Of a stretch of 64,000 nt of DNA, positions 41,587 through 55,051 are shown in pieces. The stretch is from positions 2,914,001 through 2,978,000 of the forward strand of contig OZ024747.1 of assembly GCA_964016885.1 (NCBI GenBank), in the 5' to 3' direction. Source of the stretch: Eledone cirrhosa. Lineage: Eukaryota. The notes under the pieces were generated by a model that saw only the letters and a program-made list of their open reading frames with translations, had not been told where the DNA came from and did not search any database. Numbering within the stretch: the stretch's first letter is position 1; every line of letters starts with the position of its first letter. Made by a program: the position numbers and the translations under genes.

Positions 41587-42904
41587 CAATAACGAAGGAG
41601 TTTAAGACCGGATGCCCATGGGAACTCCTGTATGCAGATGACCTCGCACTTATAGCTGAATCTATGGTAGAACTAGAGAAGAAATTCCAAACTTGGAAGC
41701 AGGGACTAGAAAGAAAGGGTCTCAAAGTCAACTAGACAAAGACTAAGGTCCTTGTAAGTAGGAGAGAAAACAGAACCCAGATCCCCTCAGTGAAATGGCC
41801 TTCCTCAGTATGTAGGAAAGGTGTAGATAGAAACAAAATTCTCTGCCCTAAATGCAAACAATGGGTACACAAGAGATGTAGCGGGTTCTCAGGAAGCTTA
41901 ACTAAGAATGTAGGCTTCACATGTAGCAGCGGTGCTGGGACAGCAAGCAGCAAATAGCCACAGCAAACAAGTACTACCAAACTCTGGGAGGGCTCTGTAG
42001 AAACAGTAGACAGCTTCTGCTACCTAGGAGACTGAATTAGCAGCGGAGGTGGGTGTTCAGAAGGTACAATAACTAGGGTAAGAACAGGATGGATGAAGTT
42101 CAGGCAGCTACTGCCTGTGCTAGCTGCAAAAGGCTTCTCCCTCAAAATGAAAGGCAGACTGTATGATGCGTGTATACGAACAGCAATGTTACATGGTAGT
42201 GAGACCTGGGTGCTGTCTGTGGAAGACTTGCGTAGATTAGAAAGAAACAAAGCCTGCATGCTCCGATTGATGTGTAATAGTAATATACGCGAACGGCAAA
42301 GCATAAATGAATTGAGAGAGAGACTGAGCATAAGAGGAATCAAATGCTGTGTGCAGGAGAGGCGGTTGTGTTGGTATGGACATGTGATGCGTATGAAGGA
42401 TGACAGCTGCATAAAAAGGTGCAGAGCAGTAGAAGTCGTTGGAAACCGCGGAGTGGGGAGACCCAAGATGACCTGGGATGAGGTGATAAAAACCGACCTT
42501 ACCCAATTACACCTCTCAAAGGCGATGATACACCACCGTGACCTCTGGCATCACGCAGTAATACAGAAGACCCGACCCCCCACGGGTACAAGCCGAAACT
42601 GAAGCATATAGACAATATGCCCCACCCCTCCCACTAAAAAGTGGTCGTGGAGGTGCCACGGCAAAAAAGCACCAGCCCACACTGTAAAGTGAATGTGTAG
42701 GTGCCACGGAAAAAAAGCACCCAGCACTCACTGTAAATGAGGTTGGTGTTAGGAAGGGCATTCAGCTATAGAAATCAAGCCAAAATCAGTTCCTGTATGA
42801 GCAAGGCATGGTCAACCGACCGGACACTGCCCACAGCAGGACAACCCGTCTAACCCATGCTAGCATGGAAGATTGGGCGTAAAACGTTGATGATGATGAT
42901 GATG
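41587..42904 (+). mobile_element. 5'-truncated RTE LINE in Pcdh intron 2
   Basis: Highly similar to 14490-15680; YADDL; in-frame stops; (GAT)n tail; flanking direct repeat AATACAGG (41579-41586, 42905-42912). Confidence 0.95.
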
Positions 42905-43040
42905 AATACAGGTCTCTATATTTCAAAGGTTATTTATTTGTAATGTGTTTACTATCACATAATGGAATTTGTTTTCTTATAAATCTAAAAAAAATATTTA
43001 TTAGTCAATGAGATGAGTTGTCATTATTTCTCAAGTTATT

Positions 43041-43218
43041 GGCGGTGGATTGGCAGTATCGGTAGAGGGTCGGACGCCATGCTTTGACGCATAGAGTTAT
43101 GGCCCTTGCCATTCTGAGTTCAAATCCCGTTGAGGTTAACTTTGACTTTCATCCTTATGGGGTCAATAAAATAAAGTACCAGTAATGTACTGGGATAATT
43201 GTGCCAAAAGTAGAAACA
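43041..43218 (+). mobile_element. SINE family A, full length
   Basis: 18-bp TSD ATTATTTCTCAAGTTATT (43023-43040, 43219-43236). Confidence 0.92.
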
Positions 43219-43529
43219 ATTATTTCTCAAGTTATTTAATTTAAATTTGTAGTTTTAACCCTTTTGCTATTAAACCACACGAATCAGACCCTGTTTTGAC
43301 AATACAAATCTGTTTACTTTCAACTGTTTATCTTTATTTTAAAACATTTTATCATAATTTTATTTAAGAATCTTTGAATTAAAGCTAAGTAACAAGTGTG
43401 TTAGTTATATTTTACAAAATCCATCAAATTCTTCGTTATTTACTAAACTATATGAAACACATTGGCAGTGTTTTTCATTAAAAATATGGTAAGAAAATAT
43501 TTAAAAAGCTTTATTTTATCCTTTATGAT

Positions 43530-43720
43530 GGTTTCTGATTTAGCCACAAGGCCAACATTTTGCAGGAGGGGCAGGTTGATTAAATCGACCCCAGTGTGTT
43601 ACTGATACTTTATTTTATCGACCCAGTAAGGATGAAAGGCAAAGCTATTCATGGCAGGATTTTAACTCAGAACGTAAAGGGCCATAACTCTAGGCTACAA
43701 AGCAAGGTCTCTGAAGCTAT
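43530..43720 (-). mobile_element. SINE family A-related; a further - copy at 60045-60190
   Basis: ACTTTATTTTATCGACCCAGTAAGGATGAAAGGCAAAG core in reverse orientation. Confidence 0.8.
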
Positions 43721-44090
43721 ACCCTATATAATGCAGCATTTTAAGGCCATTTTCACCTACTAAATTTTACTACATCATCATCATCATCATCATCATCATT
43801 TAACATCTATTTATACAATATAATAGAGTATTTTTCTACTGTTCATCAAACAGTGACATTATAGAATGAAAAATGTATCATATTTGAAAAAAATGTATCA
43901 TATTTGAAATTAAACAAATCCAAAAAACAAACAAAGAAACACAATACGCAAGTAATTAGGTGAATTAAATAAACACAAAAGAATGAAGATTGCAATATGA
44001 ATTTAACTTTTAGATTCTAGATTTAAGTGAAGAAAAATGTCATGAATTTGCCATATTTCTATCTTGCATTCTTTCCTCTTGAGCCTTTAG

Positions 44091-44244
44091 GAGATAACCA
44101 TGACATCTGGTGTTTGTAAAGAAACTGAGCGAATGCTTGTTATTGCTGATCATATCAATGAAATGTCAGCTATATCTTCAAGTGCAGATAACAGTGGACA
44201 TGGATGGAGTGAAAGAAACACAACTCATTATGAAACACTACCAG
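44091..44244 (+). CDS. Pcdh: Protocadherin cytoplasmic exon (EITMTSG...SSSADNSGHGWSE...HYETLP)
   Basis: Pyrimidine tract + TTTAG acceptor at 44090; phase 0 matches the upstream donor; open frame with a DSG-like protocadherin tail motif; donor CAG|GTATAG, phase 1. Confidence 0.88.
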
Positions 44245-44862
44245 GTATAGTAAATAACCTAATTTTCATAGATATATATATAGTAATAATAATAAATGTG
44301 AAAACTAAAATCCAAAGAGGGCTCGATAAGGATAAATATATATCAAATATATAAGAACCTTAGAGCAAATATTTATTTCAGAAGATCCCATTAAGGGTGA
44401 AAGCAGTGATTCTTTGCTTAAACTTTAATCTGTTATTTTAATAAATATGTATATATATATATATGTGTGTGTGTGTATGTGTGTGTGTGTATGTGTGTGT
44501 GTGTGTGTGTAGAAAAAAAAAAGAAATCTGAGGTAGGTATTTAATTAGTCCATTGTTTTACGATCGTTTCAGAGGGAAGATTAATCATGGAAGATCGATG
44601 TAGATGTATCGACTAGCATGGTAGTGGTTACATTACTACCTCTTTCTAGTCTCAAAATTCCTGTTTGATCAACTGTCTTAATCAGAAACACTATACACTA
44701 AATTTATGAAGTATATATATATATATTATAAAATAACTGGGTTCAGTATGAATCTAGTGACATCATCAGGTATTCGAAATTTAACAGAAGAAATATAATA
44801 GACTCAATTCAAGGAGCTGAAAAAGCTATCGCCAACAAACCTAAAGATATATATATATATAT

Positions 44863-44895
<33 letters not shown>

Positions 44896-46029
44896 CTTCG
44901 TAAACTTTTCAATAATATTTTGTTTTACTTCTTCTTCACTCACTTATTCCTGAGAGAGTCATGGGGACAGCATCCTCAAACAGTCCTATTTTGTTTTACA
45001 TGGCCAATATTTTACTGATCTTTAAATAGTCTAGAAACTATTGTTATTAGACTCATGCACTGGCCAAACTAGATCACTGGGTAAATCATCTCAGTAAATT
45101 GGTTAAACTCATTACAAGAATATAAAATAATGTTTTAAAACTCAGGTAGTTTAAACATGCCAATAATATTTTATGAAAAACCATTTCACTAATGGATTTA
45201 TTAATTCATTTTTTAATCAATCTCTGAATCACTGTATAAAATATCATAGGACTTCTATAGCAAATACGGTTTGTAATATCCATATGTGATTCCAAGAATG
45301 TAACTATATGTAGATATTCAACATGTAGCATTGCAGAGCTATATCATGTAGATGTTGATAATACTATATTTAAATATTTTAACTTGTAGTATTGGAGAGA
45401 TATGTCATGTAGATATTTCAACATGTATCATTGGAGAGATATATCATGTAGATGTTGATAATGCAACTGTATTTAAATGATTTAACATGTAGTATTGAAA
45501 GGTTTTGCTATATTCCAGCTTTTGAATTTTGTGTATGAGGATAACTGATAGCTGTACATATATGTTTGAGGGTTAGGTCATATGATTGTGATTTATTTCT
45601 ATAAAGTTTTCTGTTTTTACTGTTTTGTCAGGGAGGGGGAATTTCCATGACCCTTTTTAGGGTCTTCCAGACTAGTGGAAAGGATGAAGGCATTCTCAAA
45701 TTGGGACACTTGGTCCGAATGCTTACAACAAAGGGTTGGCAGGACCCTTCTGTGGTGTCAAAGACATGACAACCTCTCTTGTGCACACAGTAGAACATGA
45801 TACCATATGTGAGATAACAGAACCCCTAGTCTGTCTGGGAGGTCAGTATCATTGCTTCAGTACTGACTTGGTTGCTAGCAGGAAAAGTGGACTTTAAAAC
45901 TTTCGATGATTTTGTTGGGTTAGATACTCTCTAAGTACTTATTCCAATATTAATACCATTACTGCTCATCACCAGGAAGTGGCAATTGATAACATTTTTA
46001 CTCTCATGACAATGGTCTTTTCTTAGCAT

Positions 46030-46760
46030 TTTCAACTTTTAGGCTTACTTATTGCCCTGAGTTCAATTATGATATAGTACAATCTTAGAACCAATATATT
46101 TATTTTATTAAAACATTTTATACTTTTATGAGTTTTAGACATTTGGATGCTGTCTACTCTTAAAGCCTTCCAATTTGGCAATCTTTTATTTATTTGATAG
46201 TCAGATATCACTGATACACTCAGCATTTATGTTGAGTCTGTTCTATTAAAGTTGAACCATATATCACTTGGGTTTATTCTCATTACAATTATTTGCTGCC
46301 TCCCTTGTTCCATAACTATATTTTGGTGTAGTTCCCTAAGCCGTATTCTTTGTCCAAACTTTCTTTATCCTCCTCCTTCCTTTCTCCATTTCTATGACAA
46401 TAATCACTTCTGCTAAAATCTTTAAGCAGTGTTTTAAAGTCAATTTCTGTTCCTTCACTTCTACCTTGGTTCCACAACTTTGGCTTTTCTTTTATTTTGC
46501 TTCTATTTTTTTTACTTTTCCATGACTTATAGCCTAATCTTTCTCCAATCATAACTGTTGCTGCTTGTAAAAGATTTCTTGCTTCACTTACGTTCTGAGT
46601 TGATATTATCTCAACAACATCATTTAAAGTTTCAGTTTCATCAATATCATCATCATCGTCATCATCACCATAACCATCATCATGATTGCATAGATTGGAG
46701 GGGTCATTTCCAGCACAGCTTTCTTCTACTTGTAACATTCTTTGTCATCTCCTCAGTGAT
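46030..46760 (-). mobile_element. Degraded non-LTR ORF, probably R4/Dong-like
   Basis: Translation NLLQAATVMIGERLGYK...W...KDFSR...LDKEYGL resembles the pre-RT region of R4/Dong ORFs (recognised by eye). Confidence 0.45.
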
Positions 46761-48265
46761 TTTCATCTCCTTTTTCTCAGTTTTCCTCTACTATAACTTT
46801 CTACCACTGGCATCTCCTGGTACTTCTGCAATTAATGATCATCATCCATACACACCACATGTCCATACCAGCACAGTTTTCTTTATTACATACTACATCT
46901 GCTTCCTCTTATACCCAGTTTTTCTCTCAACTCATTCACACTTCATCATGTTTACACACTAACATTACACAGTCATCATGTTTACACACTAACATTACAC
47001 AGTCATCAGATGTCCATCATTTGACCAGGATTTCTTTTATTGACCTCAGCAAGATTTGAAGTCAGGAAATAAAGAACTGTAAAGTATATTGTCCAACATT
47101 CAATGCAATGCCTCACCCTAAGAAAATATATATGGACAGCAAAGTTGTTATAGATCACAGAGGTGTGAATGGACAACAGAGCTGTGATGGTCAACAGAGC
47201 TGTGAATGGACAGCTGATTTTGTGGTAATCCCCTTAGCAATAGGAGGCTTTAGGTTTGTTCCTCCTGTATGTGCCCAAAAAAGACACAAGAGTATTTTTT
47301 ATTTAGGCTTCTTTCTAAAGTCTCTCACAACTGACAGAAACCTTTGCATGTGTTCTGGAAATACTCCTGCTGTTGTGTGTTTATCAGTTGGTCAGTTTAT
47401 ATTTTCATGAGGAATTCCTTTAATTCTGCCTCATTTCTTATTGTGTTATGTCAGGTCAGGCATCTGCCTGCTACTGGTACCATGTAACCCAGTACAACCT
47501 GATTCATGGTCGAGTGGTCAGCAACTAAACTGGCTCCCCCCACCAGACTCTTGTCTGGTAGGAGATGGTATGTGTAATCCCAGCAGCACAAAAAATAAGA
47601 GCTATTAAAACCTCTCTAGTGTTTGGTGATTTACATAATAAATGCACCCAGCACATACAGTAAAGTGGTTGGTGATAGCAAGGGCATCCAACCATAGAAA
47701 GCTTGCCAAATAAAGGTTTTTTGGGGGGGACTCTCTGTTGAGTCAAAAACTTGACAACTTCTCCTATACATTTGGTGAAACAGAAGTCCAAACATAAGCG
47801 AGACACAGATCTCTGGCCTGTCTGGGAGATGAGTAGCTCTGATTCAATACTGACTTTGTCTGTATAGACCTGTCCAACCCTTGCTAGCAGGGAAAGCCAG
47901 CATTAAAACAATGATGATGATGATGATGAGTGTTGTGTCTAAAAGGTAATTTAAGCATTTGATATATATAAATTGATAAGTAACAGATTGAAATATATAT
48001 TTATGTTAATATAATCAACTACAGCACTTGGTATCCCAGCGGTGCTACTCTCCAATTTCTGTTGTCTACATAATGCATTTTCTATTTATATTAACATTGT
48101 TTTATACTTGATGACTAAGCCTCAAATGAGAAAAACTAACAGAACAGTAATGTAATAATTTTAATGTAATCATTTTGTAAATACTAAACCTGTCTATAAT
48201 GAATGTAGCTATGAATAATATAGATATCTTGGATTGAGTTGAATGTATGGATATCTTAAATAATA

Positions 48266-48945
48266 TCATCATCATCATCATCATCATCAACGTTTAACGT
48301 CCGTGTTCCACGCTTGCATGGGTTTGGACGGGGGTAGTCCCACTTGAGGCAAGAGTGATTGTCTTGCTCGCATAGGACTGTCTGGCAGGTTTTCTACAGT
48401 TGGATGCCCTTCCTAACACCAACCACATTTACAGTGTGGACTGGGAGGTTTTTACCGTGTTGCCTACACGGCCACATTACAGCGTGGACTGTGTGTTTTT
48501 TTGTCGTGACACCTACACAATCTCATTTGTTTCGGCCTGGATGGTGTGGCACCAACATAACTTTACATAGAGGGGGCGGTGTGGATGGGGTGGGGGTGGT
48601 GGGACGGGGGGGGGGGTATTTTGTTAGAGATGCCTACTGGCTGGAGTAGGTTTTACTATATATTTAGGTAAGGCGGGTCTTCTCTGTTACTGAGTACTGC
48701 CAAAGGTCTCGGTCCAGTGACATTGTCTTGGAGAGGTGTAAGTGTGTGAGGTCGGAGTTTATCAGCTCGTCCCAGGTTTTTCTAGGTCTGCCTATTCCGT
48801 GGCTACCATCTATCTTTATTGCCCTGCACTTTGTTATACAGCTATCGACTTTCATGCGCATCACGTGTCCATACCAACGTAGCCTTCTCTCGAGTAAACA
48901 GCATCTGATCCCTCTTATCTCTAATTTTTTTCTTAGTTCGTTTAT
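48266..48945 (-). mobile_element. RTE LINE 3' fragment (diverged subfamily) in Pcdh intron 3
   Basis: RRLRWYGHVMRMK.DSCI...GRPRKTWDE on the - strand, plus 3' UTR and (GAT)n tail. Confidence 0.88.
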
Positions 48946-49287
48946 ATAATATGAAAAAGAAAAGAATGCAAAAGAACAACATTAGGATATTTTCCCTACA
49001 TTCTCAAAAATAATTGATCATATATAATACAAATATACTAAAATTGAATTGCACAACAATGATTATATTTGAAGAAACAGAAGTGGAAAAGGTTAGTTTT
49101 TTAGTTTAGCTAGGAGGATGAAAGGTTATTACCCCTGTGTGACATAAATATAAGGATTATAAGTTGTAGAAACGTTTGATGTAGAAATATAATACAACAA
49201 ACATTAACCTTTGTTGAACACAAATATTAGTTCGCTGTAATTTTAACTCACAATGAACCTTTTGTTTTCTTTGTTTACTTTTACGAG

Positions 49288-49553
49288 GTTTCAAGCATTG
49301 TCAAGAGGATCAACAACAACACAAAAATAGGAGTTCTTTACCATGGACAACACACAAACCCAAGGATATTTCTACAAAATCTTCGTGTCAAGCAATTATT
49401 GATCAGAAAATTGTCTGCAATGATGTTATTGACCTTAAATCCTTAAGAATAAAAACTGCTAATCTCCCAGAACCTTGGAATTTACCAATAAAAAATAGTT
49501 TCTCTTCATACCCCAAACCCCTTCCAGCTGTACCTAAAGTACCAAAACCATAA
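49288..49553 (+). CDS. Pcdh: Protocadherin terminal coding exon (GFKHCQEDQ...PWNLPIKNSFSSYPKPLPAVPKVPKP*)
   Basis: Long T-rich tract then ACGAG|GT; phase 1 matches; open frame to TAA 49551-49553; proline-rich terminus; followed by AT-rich, repeat-poor UTR-like DNA with AATAAA (e.g. 49865). Absent from the ORF track because it has no start codon. Confidence 0.82.
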
Positions 49554-52500
49554 AAATAACTTCACTCTATTCAGGAAATATTTTCTAACGAGAAACATCA
49601 GTTTTACTCATAGGTTCGTTTCAAATATAAGATGTCAGTATAATTAACTGTAAACATGTTTAACCCCCACTATAATTATTCTAATTATTGTAAATAAGCA
49701 TGACTGCTATTCTACTAAAAGATACTGCACAAATCAGAATATATTTTCTATAATGTTCTAATTATTTCTACATTATTCTTCTAGGAAAAACATTAACTTA
49801 GCTTCTGTATAATTACTGACAGTTGTATTTTGCTTCATGTTATTCGTGCTGTTTTTTCTAGTTTAATAAAAACAAAACAAAAATAAGATATTTTAAACAA
49901 ATAAAATATCTAATAAGCTATAGCATTATAGCTTACTAAATCTTAAAATATGATGCTCTAGATATTTTGAAAGCCAGGTAATTACTGCAAACAGTATTTA
50001 TCGAAGTTTAAGACAGAAAATGAAATAAATATTTAAAAGAAGAAAGAGAAAAGAGAAAATATCCAAGAACACTCTTTCAAGTTTATTCCAAATTGGTTGA
50101 TTTCTACTCTTCAAACAATAGCAGCCATTTTCTTTTTTACCTTGACTACTGTGAAGTTTAGTGCAAAGTGGCATGAGTACAAGAGCCAAAACCTATGTAA
50201 GAAATATAAATATATTCAAAAGACATATTGTACATAAGACTTAAGTTGTAAATAAACAAATCTATCTACTTTATTTTGCAACATTGGTCTTAAAATTACA
50301 TTAATATTATCTGCAATTGTAATATCTGTTTGACAATCTAACAAAACATTGTCAACAATATATCAAAATTAAAAAAGAAGTATGCAAAGCCAAAGAACTC
50401 ATTGGAACCTCACCAATCCTTTCTACAAATAGATTCTCAGTTATTGCAATTGCTATTATTAATATGTTTATACAAATGTGACACTAGTTATTATCTTTCA
50501 AATTGTTTCAAATGTAACAAGAATTCTCATGTTTGGTAAATTATTAGAAAATATAATAATTGTTAAAGTGTAGACAGCAACAAAGTAATTTATAAAGATT
50601 AATTACTAATATTTAGATCTTGATAAAACCCTTTTCTATGTCTCAAATATTTGTACACTCATTTTGTTATGAATTAATAATTCCATTGAAAGCTGTGATG
50701 TGACTCCAGTTTCCAGACATTTAAAAGCTATGATATAATGAATGGCATCTTGTTAGTAGTATAGCAAAACAAATGACAACTGATTAACACAACATACATG
50801 ACGGAATAAATGAGAGATCTGCTCTAATAAAAAAATGTTTTCTCTGTGTGTGTGTGTGAACTGTATATGCCACTCACTGTTCAAGGGTCACTCTGCCTCA
50901 TGGTCCAGGCTAATAGGATGGAGAAGACATTACCCCCGAGGATGGCAAAGGAGATGCACTGGAAGAGCCACTCTACCTCATGGGGCTCCCATATGCAGAT
51001 AGCCAACTCCAACCATATTAACACTGATGTCATTGGCAACCATAGAAAAGCAAACTTTGAACAGAAAATATCTTAACTAGATTAAATAATATTTGCTGGT
51101 AAGTAATATTTCTTTCAAATATTTTACACTGTTAAATTCTTATGTCAAATCATATCTTAAATTTATTTTTACCCAGTTATATATTTTGTTTGGTTTGGCA
51201 TTAGGAAGGGCATCCAACTGTAGAAACCGAGCCAAAATCAGTTCTGTGTGAGCAAAACACGTTCATCCAACCTAGATCTCTCACAACAGGACAGCTGGTC
51301 CTACCCATGCTAGCATGGAATATGGATGTTAAACGATGATGATGTTGAAAATGTAAATAGTATGTAAAAAGTGTAAATAATGTCTAAATCTGTTAAAAAG
51401 TTTCTAATGTAACAAATTGTTTTAAGGGGAAATATCTGTCAGGATCTTTATATCAGGTATGTACACCCATGGCTTAGTGGTTAGAGCTTATAATCATGAG
51501 GTTATGAGTTCAATTCTTGGGCTGGGCTTTGCATTGTGTCCTTGAGCAAGACACTTTATGTTGCTCCAGTTCCCTCAGCTGTAGAAATGAGTTGTGACCT
51601 CGCTGGTGTCAAATTATATCAGCCATTACCTTTCCCTTGGACAACATTGGTGGCATGGAAAGGGAAGACTGGTTTACATGGGTGATTGCTGGTCTTCCAC
51701 ACACATCCTTGCCTGGACTTGTGCTTCGAAGATAAACTTTCTAGGTGCAAATCCTATGGTTATTTGTAACTGAAGGGATTCTTTACACTTACACCCACTA
51801 GCAGAACATAACAACATTCTAAAACATTAATTTGACATAATTTTGCCATCTAAATATGATCAATGTCATATAAGATGGGATGTTTTCACTAATTAATAGT
51901 ATTAATGACATTAAATAGATTAAAATGTATATTTATACTTAATAATGGAACTGGTTTTACTTATAGAAAAAAAAACAGAACGAAACATTCAGATGAATTG
52001 CTTAGAAATACAATCAAGTGTTAGGTAAGAATGAGCATATTTAATGATGGATATCAAAAAGATACTAATGTGATAAAGAGAGTGAATATTTAGTGAACAA
52101 CTAATAATATATTAATACCTTGAGAATCCCTTGAGAACTCCATACATGCTTTGGTCTTATTAGGCTTACTCAATGAAACATAAGAAACATAAACTCCACT
52201 AAGCTTGCCAAAGTATTGAAAAGTGAGACACTAATTAGAATTACAGTATTGTTACCAGAGTAGGCAGAAAATTAGCACATTAAAAACAACAAACACTGTG
52301 TTTAATTGCTTAAAGATGCTATACTTCTATTTAGTTTCTTACAAATAAATTACATTTTGATTAAATGCTGAAATTAGGGTCTAAAGCTCTTAGAGTTGCC
52401 TTCTTTTTTGGCTTCATTTCACTAACAAAGAAAATGTTAATTGTAAAATCATTGGGATTACAGTCAGATATTTCATAGGTTTTCTATTATTTGAATATTG

Positions 52501-54049
52501 GTTTGATTCTTATTACGTTATGTCATCTATAAATCAGTAGTCTTTTTGACAAGAACCAAACCTAAGGAAACTTAGAACATTTTGGATAATTATTTTTATT
52601 TTGTGTCACTTGTTTATTTGCTTATATGGGATTCATTTTTTTTAATCAGTAAGGCTTTGCTCATTTTTAATCTCTTATCTGTCATGCTGAAACATCAAAA
52701 TATTCTTTCTAGCAAATAATTATTCTTTAGTTATGAATTTTTCATGAAGACTTCAGAATACTGAAGTTTTGACAGTTCTGTTTCACTATCACAAGAGCAT
52801 ATGACTTTTTCTCTTTCTAAAGAATGTGCATGCTTTGAGAAATATTATATCCACACAGGGGGATATTTGTACTTACTGACAATGAGAAACATATGCTATT
52901 ATGTGAAGATGATAGCATAGTAAATATTGACTAGAGAGAATACTGTTTGAAATGAACTCATGGAAAAGGCAGTGTGTGGTTTAGTAGAACATTTGCAAGA
53001 AATACAATGACGAAAATAAAAATGAATACAACAGCACAAATTTACATTCATTAGTAAATTAACTAGACACCTACCTAAAGCATGTAAACATGTTTCCTTC
53101 TATATGAACTTCATGATCAGGTCTACAAAAGCAAAAAGGATACACTTAATGGGAAACTTGCACTTAGAAACACAAAAAGAAACAGAAAATGTTATAAAGA
53201 TATTAGAGAAATTAAAGTTCACCCATCTCATATCAAACAGCTTTCCAAATATATACAATGAATTAATTATATTAGATCCAGTATATAATTTTGAAGAAAT
53301 GTCTAGCTTAATGATCTTATTTTACAGTTTTGTAACACTTGTTTTTAAATAATCCTCTTAATTATTGTACATGTGAATGAACCTCCACTAAATTCCAATG
53401 TTAAGTGTTTCTGGTTAGATATCTATGGCTGGATTCCCTTCCCAACTCTAACCACACTACATCATGGACTGGTGATTTCTATTGTGGCACCAAAACGACC
53501 ATCTAACAAGAAGGACTGGGTGCATTTTCATTGGGGCATCAGCAGGCCTATCTACAGGGGGGACTGGGTATTTTTGTTTTGTCATGTCACCAATACGAAT
53601 ACCTAACAAGATGCCCTGGATGCTTTTTGTCATGTCACCTGCACAACTATCATTACAGGGTACTTTTTTGTCATATCAGTACAAGACCTTCTGCACAGAT
53701 AACTGAGTTAATTAATTTAAGGTATTTCTGTGACAAAGAATAAAATAAAATCTTCTTGACTTTTTTTAGAGTTTAATTCATGCTTTAAGATATAAAAGTA
53801 AGTTTAATACTAACATTGTGTCTGTAAAAATTAATTCTCAAAGCATTTTTAATTATTGTCTTGCTGTGTTTTGTCCTCTTCACTTCTTCTTCATCTTTGC
53901 CACTTATACCTGGGAGGGTCATAAGGGTGGAATCCTCATAAAGCCTTTCGCAAGTTCTGTTAGAAGCAACTGTCTCCAATTAATCTATCTGGATCCTCCA
54001 AATGCAATGAGCCAAGCACATGGATGTAATCCAATCATCTTGCTCGGGC

Positions 54050-54132
54050 TCCACCCCTAGGTCCACCACTGGGTCCACCCCTGGGTCCACCACTGGGTCC
54101 ACCACTGGGTCCACCACTGGGTCCACCACTGG
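54050..54132. repeat. 12-bp tandem repeat CCACCACTGGGT, about 7 copies
   Basis: Directly visible. Confidence 0.9.
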
Positions 54133-54577
54133 TTGGTTTTGCTCATAAAATCTGTCCAACAATTCTTTCCTTAAATATTCTGTCTACATGTCTATAGTAT
54201 CAGAGCTGTGATCTTTAAATTCGGAGAAATAGTAGCTCTACCTGGAGCAGCTCTCTGATTGCCAAGCTATGTACTTTATCAGGTAATGTTGCTGCAAACA
54301 CCCTTCAGAAGAACCCCATTTTAGCAGCTTCTATATGCAATAATATTAAATGACTTGTTATATAAAATTAAGAATTGTTTCACTGCAGGCATGGATGTAT
54401 GGTTAAAAATTTCATTGGGCAAACGTGGGTTTTGAGTTCAATTCCACTGTGTAGTAAGTGCTTTGTGAATGTAAATGGTAGATGGAAACTATTCTCTCAT
54501 TTTATATATAAATGTGTGTGTGTTTGCATGTATGTACTGTTTATATGAAAATGGTTGTGGAAACTGAACAGAGGCCT

Positions 54578-55051
<474 letters not shown>

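Noticed and set aside
49485-49510. WIRS (WAVE-binding) motif in IKNSFS
   Set aside because: The position that must be hydrophobic is Lys.
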